The notes under the pieces were generated by a model. That model was not told the DNA's origin. It was given only the letters and a program-made list of their open reading frames with translations, and ran no database searches. A stretch of DNA of 64,000 bases from an uncultured bacterium (GTDB lineage Bacteria; Cyanobacteriota; Vampirovibrionia; Gastranaerophilales; Gastranaerophilaceae), in NCBI GenBank assembly GCA_949035555.1, contig CAROLD010000009.1, forward strand, positions 2,993 through 66,992, given 5' to 3'. How positions within the stretch are numbered: the first letter of the stretch is position 1; every line of letters begins with the position of its first letter. Made by a program: the position numbers and the translations under genes. Shown here one piece after another: positions 46,368-54,584 of this stretch.

Positions 46368-46555
46368 TTTTAATATATCCTTTCTGCAAGGATAATACTA
46401 ATGACTCGATTGTTGGCTAGAATATAATTATATCATTTGAATGCAAATTCGGTCAATCTGTCCGTGTGGTTGTAATTTTCAATTAAAGATAAATATATTT
46501 ACCTCTTTTAGCATTTGTGATAATATCTAATAGCACAGATAATAAGGAGAGAAAC

Positions 46556-46795
46556 ATGGCAGATGCAAAAATTTTAGCAACTATTGAAAGAAGTGATACA
46601 GAACAATTACAGATTTCTGTCAGCGAATACAAAGGCAGAAGCTATTTGAATATGAGAATATTTTATACAACTGATGATGGTGCAACTTGGTTACCGACTA
46701 AAAAAGGTGTAACTTTCTCACCTGACCAATTGGATTTATTAACTGAAGCTATTGAAGAAGCTAAACAAGAATTTATGGCTTCTGAAGCTGAATAA
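46556..46795 (+). CDS. PC4/YdbC-like ssDNA-binding protein
   Basis: QISVSEYKGRSYLNMRIFYTTDDGATWLPTKKGVTFSPDQLDLLTEAIEEA follows the PC4-fold pattern (F-K-G..v.iR.yY...dG...PtKKGi.l...q...L). AAGGAG lies 6 nt upstream of ATG 46556. Confidence 0.65.
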   Translation: MADAKILATIERSDTEQLQISVSEYKGRSYLNMRIFYTTDDGATWLPTKKGVTFSPDQLDLLTEAIEEAKQEFMASEAE

Positions 46796-46804
46796 GATTT
46801 ATTT

Positions 46805-46830
46805 CACCCTCTCCATCGGAGAGGGTGTTT
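46805..46830 (+). terminator. Hairpin with a short T run, a weak terminator or attenuator before priA
   Basis: A 10-bp stem, CACCCTCTCC (46805-46814) with GGAGAGGGTG (46818-46827), is followed by only TTT. Confidence 0.35.
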
Positions 46831-46856
46831 AGAATATAGATTAGGGTTTTATATAA

Positions 46857-49160
46857 ATGACAGAAGAAAGCATTCAAAGTAAATTATTTGAAGTTCCTGC
46901 CCGCAAACTTACTTTAAAAAAGCGTGGGACAGAGAGTGAGGATATTCTGAAATCTCCTCGCTATGCAGTTTGCCTTGTCAACTTAAAGGCTTTGGGTGTA
47001 AAAACTTTCAGTTATATAATTCCTCCTGAAATGCAGGATAAAATTAAAATCGGACAGGTTCTTCTTGTACCTTTTGGCAGACAGGGGCTTATAAATGCAT
47101 TTTGTGTAGGGTTTTCCGATTATCTTCCGCCAGAAATCAGAGCAAAACGCGTCGCAAAAATTTTGGATGAAACACCTCTTTTTACTGTTGAATATTTGAA
47201 ACTTCTCGAGTGGGTTGCGAATTATTATTGTACGGATTTAATTACTGTATTGAACACTGCAATTCCGTTAAAACTTATAGAAAAATCGCTTAAAACCGAG
47301 CAGACCATAGAATTTGTGCAAACAGAAGGCGCGACAAAACGTCAGTTGCAAGTGTTGGAGTTATTGCAAGAGAAAGGAAAAATGCCTCTAATAGAGTTTG
47401 AAAAACTTGCAAAAACTACCCGTGCTACTATAAAAAAACTGGAGGCTCTCGGATGTGTGAAATTGACGGAAGAACAGATTTACAGAAATCCGCTTGATAT
47501 TTTAAATATTGACAAAAAAGAAGATTTATTTGAACTCTCAGAAACTCAGCAGGCTGTTTATGAAGGCATTTCTGAACAGATAAAAAATGAAGTTTGTCCG
47601 CAAATTTTATTGCACGGTGTCACCGCCAGCGGAAAAACGGAAGTTTATTTCAAACTTATTGACGATACAATAAAAGCAGGCAAAAATGTTCTGTTTTTGG
47701 CGCCGGAAATTGCGCTTGCCTCTCAATTGACCAAGCGTCTTGCAAAAAAATTCGGAACGCAGGATACTGCAATCTGGCACAGCAGTATTTCAGAGGGCGA
47801 ACGTTATGACGTATGGCAAAAACTTTATAAAGATGAAATAAAAATTCTTGCAGGTGCGCGTTCTGCGGTGTTTGCTCCGTTAAAAAATATAGGATTGATT
47901 ATTATCGATGAAGAGCACGAAGGCGCGTATAAACAAACCTCACCTGCGCCAAGGTATGATGCAAGACTTGTTGCCAGAAAGCTGGCGGAATTTAATAATT
48001 GCCCGCTGATTTTGGGTTCTGCGACCCCTGATATTTCAAGCTATTACAGGGCTGTGAATACAAATCATTTGTTTGAAATGTTAAAACGGTATAACAACGC
48101 GAAAGTTGCGCCGGTTACCGTAATTAATATGCAGGAATACGGCAGGGCGGCTTACAAAAGTTTGATTTCAAAACCTTTGCAGAGTGCTATAAAAGAAACT
48201 TTAGACAAAAACCAGCAGGTAATTCTGTTGATTAATCGCCGCGGATTTTCTACATATACGCAGTGTCAGGGATGCGGACACGTAATCGAATGCCCTAACT
48301 GTGCTATCCCGATGATTTGGCACGCAAAAGACAATATGCTCAAATGTCACTACTGCAATCATGTAGAATATTTTCCAGATGTATGTCCGAACTGCGGATT
48401 TGACGGGTTAAAAAATTCAGGCACGGGAACTCAAAAAATTGAGCAGTATATTAATGACTTGTACCCTGATTATAATGTAGAACGTATAGACAGTGATGTA
48501 TTAACCCGAAAAGGCGAACATATAAGGCTTTTAGAGAAATTTCAGCGCGGAGATATTGATATTCTTGTTGGAACTCAAATGATTGCAAAAGGTTTGGATA
48601 ACCCGAATGTAACGTTGGTCGGCGTAATTTCTGCTGATGCAAGCTTTAATCTGCCTGATTTCAGGGCATCAGAACGCGGGTTTCAGCTTCTGACACAGGT
48701 TGCAGGGCGTGCAGGGCGCGGAGAGTTTAAGGGGCGCGTTTATTTCCAAACTTACAACCCTGAATACTATGCACTGGAAAGCGCGAAATCCCAAAATTAT
48801 TCGGATTTTTACCAAAAAGAAATCCGTTCGCGCGAAGATTTTGACTACCCGCCGTTCAGCCAGATTATAAGATTAATTTTAAGTTCCCAGAATAATTTTC
48901 GTGCCGAAAAAGCCGCGCAGGAAATTGCTTTAAGGCTTTGTACGATGATTGAAAAATTTGGATTTGGCGAAAGGCTTGAAGTTCTTGGACCGACCCCGTG
49001 CGTAATTGAGCGGATAAACAGTTATTACAGATTTCAAATTATTATCAAGAACAAGCTTGAAGATAAAGGGCATCAATTTGTCTCAAGTTTTCTGAGTAAA
49101 ATTAATGCTCCAAAAGATATAAGAATGACTATTGATGTTGATCCGTTAGATATTTTGTAG
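46857..49160 (+). CDS. priA: Primosomal replication-restart helicase PriA
   Basis: It has Walker A LLHGVTASGKTEVY, DEEH and the Cys-rich zinc-binding insert CQGCGHVIECPNC...CHYC...CPNCG. Confidence 0.9.
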   Translation: MTEESIQSKLFEVPARKLTLKKRGTESEDILKSPRYAVCLVNLKALGVKTFSYIIPPEMQDKIKIGQVLLVPFGRQGLINAFCVGFSDYLPPEIRAKRVAKILDETPLFTVEYLKLLEWVANYYCTDLITVLNTAIPLKLIEKSLKTEQTIEFVQTEGATKRQLQVLELLQEKGKMPLIEFEKLAKTTRATIKKLEALGCVKLTEEQIYRNPLDILNIDKKEDLFELSETQQAVYEGISEQIKNEVCPQILLHGVTASGKTEVYFKLIDDTIKAGKNVLFLAPEIALASQLTKRLAKKFGTQDTAIWHSSISEGERYDVWQKLYKDEIKILAGARSAVFAPLKNIGLIIIDEEHEGAYKQTSPAPRYDARLVARKLAEFNNCPLILGSATPDISSYYRAVNTNHLFEMLKRYNNAKVAPVTVINMQEYGRAAYKSLISKPLQSAIKETLDKNQQVILLINRRGFSTYTQCQGCGHVIECPNCAIPMIWHAKDNMLKCHYCNHVEYFPDVCPNCGFDGLKNSGTGTQKIEQYINDLYPDYNVERIDSDVLTRKGEHIRLLEKFQRGDIDILVGTQMIAKGLDNPNVTLVGVISADASFNLPDFRASERGFQLLTQVAGRAGRGEFKGRVYFQTYNPEYYALESAKSQNYSDFYQKEIRSREDFDYPPFSQIIRLILSSQNNFRAEKAAQEIALRLCTMIEKFGFGERLEVLGPTPCVIERINSYYRFQIIIKNKLEDKGHQFVSSFLSKINAPKDIRMTIDVDPLDIL

Positions 49161-49198
49161 CTATGGACTTTGTGTCCTTTTTGTCATAAATTTATTGT

Positions 49199-50332
49199 AT
49201 GTACGATGATTATAAAAAAATTCTGGATGAATTAAAAAAACATTCACATTTCAGGGATTTAAAGGATTACGAGGGAAAAGACGAGAAGTTTATCTTTTGG
49301 AAAGGTAAAAAACTCCTAAATCTTTCGTCAAATAATTATTTAAATTTTGCGGATAATAGGCAGATTACAGAAGAATTTTTAGCGGATGTCGGCAGTGAAT
49401 ATTCTTTTGGCAGTGCTTCGGCAAGACTTTTAACCGGTACCTTGCCTGTGTATAAGGAGTTGGAAAATCTTATATCAGGTTTGTACGGGAAAGAAAAAAC
49501 TCTTCTTTATAACAGCGGATATCACGCCAATGTCGGGATTTCGAGCGCTTTAAATCAAAGAGGCGATGTTGTTTTTTCCGATAAATTAAACCACGCGAGT
49601 ATAATTGACGGAATGCAGTTGTCCGCGGGAAAGTTTTTCAGATTCCCTCATAACGATATGGAAGCATTTGAAAAACTTCTAATCCGTGAGCGTGAGAATT
49701 ATAAAAATGCGTTCATTATTACAGAAAGCGTTTTTTCCATGGACGGTGATATTGAGGATTTGCGAAAAATCGTCGAATTAAAGAAAAAATACAACTGTAT
49801 AATGATTGTAGATGAAGCCCATGCTTTTGGAGTTTTCGGAGAAAAAGGGCTTGGCGTTGCCGAAGAATTAGGGATAATTGACGATGTTGATTTAATTGTA
49901 GGAACTTTTGGAAAAGCTGTCGGCTCAATGGGGGCTTATGTTACGGGTTCTGAAACTTTGATTGATTTTTTGATAAATAAATCACGTTCGTTTATTTTTT
50001 CTACTGCATTGCCGCCTGTGAATATTGCTTTTACAAAATGGATTATTGAAAACAAATTTCCTCAGGTGAAAGATAAGCGCAAAAAAATGCTTAATATTGC
50101 AAAAAAAATGGGCAGTGACAGTCATATTATTCCAATAATTGTCGGAGAAAATAAAGATACGGTTGATTTATGTGAAGTTCTTTTCCATAACGGATATTTT
50201 ACACTTCCTATTCGGCCGCCGACTGTGCCTGTCGGAACATCGCGTCTGCGGTTGTCTTTAACTGCGGATATCGCTGAAGATGAACTTGGAATTTTGATGG
50301 AGAAAATCAATGAAAAGCTGTTGGCTAAATAA
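49199..50332 (+). CDS. bioF: 8-amino-7-oxononanoate synthase
   Basis: It is a class II aminotransferase with SNNYLNF, DEAHAFGVFG and the PLP lysine in GTFGKAVGS. It lies next to bioG and bioC. Confidence 0.85.
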   Translation: MYDDYKKILDELKKHSHFRDLKDYEGKDEKFIFWKGKKLLNLSSNNYLNFADNRQITEEFLADVGSEYSFGSASARLLTGTLPVYKELENLISGLYGKEKTLLYNSGYHANVGISSALNQRGDVVFSDKLNHASIIDGMQLSAGKFFRFPHNDMEAFEKLLIRERENYKNAFIITESVFSMDGDIEDLRKIVELKKKYNCIMIVDEAHAFGVFGEKGLGVAEELGIIDDVDLIVGTFGKAVGSMGAYVTGSETLIDFLINKSRSFIFSTALPPVNIAFTKWIIENKFPQVKDKRKKMLNIAKKMGSDSHIIPIIVGENKDTVDLCEVLFHNGYFTLPIRPPTVPVGTSRLRLSLTADIAEDELGILMEKINEKLLAK

Positions 50333-50969
50333 ACAAAATAACAAAAAACTTATTGTATTTTTTGCAGGCTGGAGTTTTGATGAAAACCCTTTCAAAACGT
50401 TTCAGACAGACAGTTATGATGTACTTTTTGTTTATGATTACAATGAAATATCAGAAATTAATTTTGAACATTATGAGAGTAAAATTCTTATTGCCTGGTC
50501 AATGGGGGTTTTTGCTGCATATTTATTGAAAAGTTTGTTTCAAGATTTTGATTTAAAGATTGCTGTGAATGGTACAGTTACTCCTGTTGATGATGAGTTT
50601 GGAATACCTGTTAAAATGTTTGAATTAACCTTAAAACACTCACAAAAAGGTTTGGAAGGCAAATTTTACAAAAATGTATTTTTAACCGAAGATGAATATA
50701 ATTTATACTGTAAAAATCCTGTTCAACGTACGATTGAAAACAGAGTTTCCGAACTTGAAAATTTGTATGGTTTGATTAAAAATACAAATGTTGATTATGA
50801 AAAATTTTATGATTTTGCTATAGTGAGTGAATTTGACAAAATTATTCCTCCGAAAAATCAGATGGCAAGCCATCATAAAAATAAGGTTCCTGTCATAAGC
50901 TACCCGTACGGACATTTCCCGTACTATAAATTCCAAAGCTGGGAAGATATTATAAATGCAAACAGATAA
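50310..50969 (+). CDS. bioG: Pimeloyl-ACP methyl ester esterase, BioG (DUF452) type
   Basis: LIVFFAGWSFDENPF and the nucleophile motif IAWSMGVFAA resemble BioG/DUF452. It is located between bioF and bioC. Confidence 0.65.
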   Translation: MKSCWLNKQNNKKLIVFFAGWSFDENPFKTFQTDSYDVLFVYDYNEISEINFEHYESKILIAWSMGVFAAYLLKSLFQDFDLKIAVNGTVTPVDDEFGIPVKMFELTLKHSQKGLEGKFYKNVFLTEDEYNLYCKNPVQRTIENRVSELENLYGLIKNTNVDYEKFYDFAIVSEFDKIIPPKNQMASHHKNKVPVISYPYGHFPYYKFQSWEDIINANR

Positions 50970-51696
50970 TAAACATATCAAAAAACAATTTGAAAAAAGT
51001 ATGAAAGATTACGATAAAAATGCTGCCGTGCAGGACATGATGGCAGCAAAACTCGTGATTGAGTTATCTAAAATCGCATCAAATTTTGATAATGTTCTTG
51101 AACTCGGGGCCGGGACCGGACTACTTACAAAAAAAATAGCAAGAAGTTTAAAATTTAAAAGTTATTACGCTAATGATTTGGTGGAAAAATCAAAAATTTA
51201 TGTTCAAAAATTCATTCCCAATTCGATTTTTTTATTTGGAAATGCTTTAAAAATTAAACCCCCGCGAAAAATGGATTTGATTGTTTCAAATGCGATGTTT
51301 CAATGGTTTGACAATTTGGAAAAAGCTGTTTTGACTTTTAAGGGGCAGTTTAATAATGATGGAGTTCTGGCGTTTTCAACTTTTGCTCCTGAGAATTTTA
51401 AAGAAATAAAAGATTTAACAGGTTTAACTCTTAAATATAAAACCGAAGATGAAATAAAAGAAATTTTAGAAAAGTGCGGGTTTGAAATTCTGTATTGCGA
51501 AAGTTTTTATGAAGAATTAATTTTTAAAACACCGCTTGAGCTTCTTGCTCATATGAAACATACAGGGGTAAATTCACTATCGGAGAGTGTTTGGACAATG
51601 AAAAAAGTAAAAGAATTTTGTGATAAATTTTCAAAAAAATATCCAAAAATTAAACTTACATATGCTCCAATAATTGTTATAGCGAAAAGAAAATAA
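50956..51696 (+). CDS. bioC: Malonyl-ACP O-methyltransferase
   Basis: It has IKKQFEKSMKDYDKNAAVQDMMAAKL and the SAM motif VLELGAGTGLLT. Confidence 0.8.
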   Translation: MQTDNKHIKKQFEKSMKDYDKNAAVQDMMAAKLVIELSKIASNFDNVLELGAGTGLLTKKIARSLKFKSYYANDLVEKSKIYVQKFIPNSIFLFGNALKIKPPRKMDLIVSNAMFQWFDNLEKAVLTFKGQFNNDGVLAFSTFAPENFKEIKDLTGLTLKYKTEDEIKEILEKCGFEILYCESFYEELIFKTPLELLAHMKHTGVNSLSESVWTMKKVKEFCDKFSKKYPKIKLTYAPIIVIAKRK

Positions 51697-51710
51697 TCGT
51701 AATATAACAA

Positions 51711-51734
51711 GACTCCGGGTCTATACCCGGAGTC
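51711..51734. terminator. GC-rich hairpin between convergent genes with weak U-tracts
   Basis: Stem GACTCCGGG (51711-51719) pairs with CCCGGAGTC (51726-51734) around a 6-nt loop. Neither side has a strong T run. Confidence 0.35.
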
Positions 51735-51752
51735 ACAAAAGACTTGTTTAGA

Positions 51753-52298
51753 CTATTTATTGGTGAAGTCAGGACGGTTCATAGGCTTGAAAAGTCCCGG
51801 TGTCCCTAACCCTTGAAAAGGAGGTCTGGCAGGATGATTTTTTTCAAACTTTGCTCTTCCTTCGGCTTTCATTTTTGCCAGTTCATTTTTTTGTTTTTTA
51901 GTTAAGATTTTTTCGAATTCTTGACTGTTAGCTTTTCTGATTTCGTGAGCTTTTTTATGAAGTTCTCTGATTTCCGCAGTCAATTCTTCAATTCTTTCCT
52001 GCTGAGCTTTTTCTGCTATTCTTGAACGTTTAACGGCTTCGATTTCCTGACGTTTTGCAGAGATTTGTTCCATAACAGGTTTCATTTGTTCTCTTCCTTG
52101 TTGATGGATAGCTTTTGCTTTTTCTTTTTGTTTATCTGTTAAGTTTAATCTTTGTTCAAATTTTTGTCTCATTTGTTCTTTGTGGCATTTTCTTTGTTCA
52201 GCTGACGGCGGTTGAATCTGGTCAGCCATTACCGGAGTGAACATACAGCCGGCAGAGATTATTCCTGCGGCAAATAAAAGTGTTAATACTTTTTTCAT
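51753..52298 (-). CDS. Spy/CpxP-family (LTxxQ motif) periplasmic protein
   Basis: It has a signal peptide and LTxxQ-type motifs (LNLTDKQKEKAKAI, LTKKQKNELAKM). It is highly charged and helical, and is the last gene of the ECF operon. Confidence 0.65.
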   Translation of the reverse strand: MKKVLTLLFAAGIISAGCMFTPVMADQIQPPSAEQRKCHKEQMRQKFEQRLNLTDKQKEKAKAIHQQGREQMKPVMEQISAKRQEIEAVKRSRIAEKAQQERIEELTAEIRELHKKAHEIRKANSQEFEKILTKKQKNELAKMKAEGRAKFEKNHPARPPFQGLGTPGLFKPMNRPDFTNK

Positions 52299-52319
52299 AA
52301 TATTCCTTTCTTTTTTATA

Positions 52320-52817
52320 CTACATTAAGTCTGTAAGTTTTTCCGCTAATTCTTTTTTAGCGTTGTAAAGTCTTGATTTTACAGTTCCAACGGGACATTT
52401 TAGTTTTTGCGCGCATTGTTCATATGTGTAACCGTTGATTTCGCAAATCATTATGACTTCTTTGAATTTTGGTTTCAGTTGATTAACTGCTTTTATTATC
52501 TTTTTTTGTCTTTCGAGACTTATAACTTTTGTTTCAGGTGTTGATTTTTGGTCTTTGATATTTGTCATAATCAAATCATCTGATGTGGAAGCTGAAAAAA
52601 CTTTATAATAAGAGGATTTTAAATAATCCAGTGATGTGTTTTTGGTAATGCAGGAAATCCAGCTTTTTGCAGCGCCCTGCTCTTTGTATTTGTCTGAATT
52701 TTTCCAGATTTTAACATAGACTTCCTGTTCCAAATCTTCGTTTTCTTCTTTTGTAATAAGTCTTATGATATTTTTAATATTCTGTTTATTTTCTTTAATT
52801 ATTTTGTTTAAATCCAT
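52320..52817 (-). CDS. ECF-type sigma-70 family factor
   Basis: Region 2 is EDLEQEVYVKIWKN...AKSWISCITKNTSLDYLK. The region 4 helix-turn-helix is YTYEQCAQKLKCPVGTVKSRLYNAKKEL. Confidence 0.85.
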   Translation of the reverse strand: MDLNKIIKENKQNIKNIIRLITKEENEDLEQEVYVKIWKNSDKYKEQGAAKSWISCITKNTSLDYLKSSYYKVFSASTSDDLIMTNIKDQKSTPETKVISLERQKKIIKAVNQLKPKFKEVIMICEINGYTYEQCAQKLKCPVGTVKSRLYNAKKELAEKLTDLM

Positions 52818-53162
52818 CTACTCTACCGTAATAAGTCCGTAAGAATCAACCGGCAGTCCTAAATCCTCAGCAGAAAGGGTTGTGCCGTATTTGAGCGTAT
52901 CTGAAACGTCAGTGTTCAGATTTATAACTCCTAAAGTTGTACCGCTGAGCATTAGCATACACAATGCACATGCGATTTTTACTTTAGCAAAATTTTTGCG
53001 TTTTTCTCTGTAATATGGTTTTACTTCTTTCAGAAGGTCTGAAACTTTTTGCATTTTTTCGTGTTCGAGTTTGCAATCTTCGCATTCTTCGACATGTTTC
53101 AGCAATTCTTCTTCTGAGCGGAAGGTGAACAGAGCTTCGTATTTAGTACATTTTTCTTTCAT
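52818..53162 (-). CDS. Anti-sigma factor (zf-HC2 type, single TM)
   Basis: The H-x3-C-x2-C motif is HVEECEDC, followed by a TM segment (VKIACALCMLMLSGTTLGVI). Its stop abuts the sigma gene ATG. Confidence 0.7.
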   Translation of the reverse strand: MKEKCTKYEALFTFRSEEELLKHVEECEDCKLEHEKMQKVSDLLKEVKPYYREKRKNFAKVKIACALCMLMLSGTTLGVINLNTDVSDTLKYGTTLSAEDLGLPVDSYGLITVE

Positions 53163-53187
53163 TTTTTGTAACCTCTATACTCTTAAA

Positions 53188-53211
53188 ACGATTGTAAACT
53201 AAAAAAGTTCA
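53188..53211 (-). promoter_or_regulatory. Candidate ECF-type autoregulated promoter (TGAAC-N16-CGT)
   Basis: On the minus strand: TGAAC (53211-53207), a 16-nt spacer, then CGT (53190-53188). It lies about 26 nt upstream of the anti-sigma ATG, with AGAGG as RBS. Confidence 0.4.
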
Positions 53212-53249
53212 TTTTATCAAATCGTAAAGTTAAAATATGTTTCAATTCC

Positions 53250-53278
53250 TTGAACTATCAAATTTTTTATAGTAAAAT
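53250..53278 (+). promoter_or_regulatory. Sigma70-type promoter for the small ORF and M23 peptidase
   Basis: TTGAAC (53250-53255), a 17-nt spacer, then TAAAAT (53273-53278). Confidence 0.4.
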
Positions 53279-53302
53279 ATGAGGTGTATAAGGGGAGAAA
53301 TT

Positions 53303-53407
53303 ATGGAATTTTTCAGAAAACATCAAAAGGTAATTGTAGGTGTAATTTGTTTTACTTTTATTGCCTGGACAGTGGGCTTGATGTTGTTGCCGTTATTAGT
53401 TAAATAA
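53303..53407 (+). CDS. Possible 34-aa single-TM micro-protein
   Basis: Own translation gives MEFFRKHQKVIVGVICFTFIAWTVGLMLLPLLVK. GGGGAG lies 6 nt upstream, and it ends 4 nt before the M23 peptidase ATG. It is below the ORF-track cut-off. Confidence 0.3.
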   Translation: MEFFRKHQKVIVGVICFTFIAWTVGLMLLPLLVK

Positions 53408-53411
53408 TAAA

Positions 53412-54569
53412 ATGAAAATAATAAATGTCTTAAAAAATATATTTATATGCTGGATTATGTTGGGAGCTTTAGGGATTTGCGGCGGGTGCTCTGCGGTTTT
53501 TGCTGCGCCATCTCTCAATCAGCAATTAAAGCAAACTAATGATAAGCGCCAGTATTTCCAGCAGAAAAAAAGACAAGCTGACTTGAAGCTCAGGAATGAA
53601 AAAAATAAACTGAGTAATAATCAGCAAAGGCTTGAAAATGCACATCAGCAACTCCAGTCCACAACCGCACGTTATAATAATCTTGTTTCAAATTTAGCAT
53701 CAATGGAGAATCAGCTGAATACGGCAATTGCAGAGTTTAGAAGCATTGATGCTGCTATGAAAGATAGGATTCGTCAAGTCTTTAAGCATCAAAGAACAGG
53801 CATGTTTGAGTTGATTTTATCAGCACGTGACGTTAACACTTTGATGGATATGTTCTATTATGAAAAAATTGTTATTCAGGATGACTATAAAAGAATGCAG
53901 GCTGTGAAAGCCAAAGCTGATGAAATTGCCAGATTGAAGGTTCAGGTTGAGAATCAGCGCAAAATGGTGGAAGCTTCTATTCGTGATATCAATAATCAAA
54001 GAACGACAATTCAGAACTCAATTGCTGAAAATAAATCAATGATTGAGCGTCTGCAAAAAGATAAGAATTACTATGAACGAACAGAACGCGAACTTGCAAG
54101 ACAGTCAGCAAGTATTCAAAATATGATTGCTAACCTTACTAAAAAACAAGGCGGTTCTACGACAGTTAAAGTATCAACAGGGTTTATTAAACCTATTAAC
54201 GGTCCGATAACTTCACCTTTCGGATATAGAATTCACCCGATATTCAAGAGCAGAATATTCCACTCAGGTATAGATATCGGTGGTCCTAACGGCGGAGCTA
54301 TCAAAGCTTCAAATAACGGAAAGGTTATATACTCTGGCTGGTACGGTGGTTATGGTAAGGTTGTAATCTTAGACCATGGTGTTGTTAACGGCAAGCCTGT
54401 TACAACATTATATGCTCACATGTCTGCAATTCTTGTTAGTAACGGGCAAACAGTTACTAAAGGGCAGACAATCGGAAGAGAGGGTTCTACAGGATACAGC
54501 ACAGGTCCTCACTGCCACTTCGAAGTCAGAGAAAACGGTAAACCTGTAAATCCGTTCGGTTATATTTAA
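53412..54569 (+). CDS. M23 (LytM) peptidase with an N-terminal coiled-coil, EnvC-like architecture
   Basis: A signal/anchor and a long Q/K/E coiled-coil are followed by an M23 domain. The domain has an intact HSGIDI (HxxxD) and a CHFEV (HxH-type) motif. Confidence 0.85.
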   Translation: MKIINVLKNIFICWIMLGALGICGGCSAVFAAPSLNQQLKQTNDKRQYFQQKKRQADLKLRNEKNKLSNNQQRLENAHQQLQSTTARYNNLVSNLASMENQLNTAIAEFRSIDAAMKDRIRQVFKHQRTGMFELILSARDVNTLMDMFYYEKIVIQDDYKRMQAVKAKADEIARLKVQVENQRKMVEASIRDINNQRTTIQNSIAENKSMIERLQKDKNYYERTERELARQSASIQNMIANLTKKQGGSTTVKVSTGFIKPINGPITSPFGYRIHPIFKSRIFHSGIDIGGPNGGAIKASNNGKVIYSGWYGGYGKVVILDHGVVNGKPVTTLYAHMSAILVSNGQTVTKGQTIGREGSTGYSTGPHCHFEVRENGKPVNPFGYI

Positions 54570-54584
54570 TAATAAGGAAGTCAA

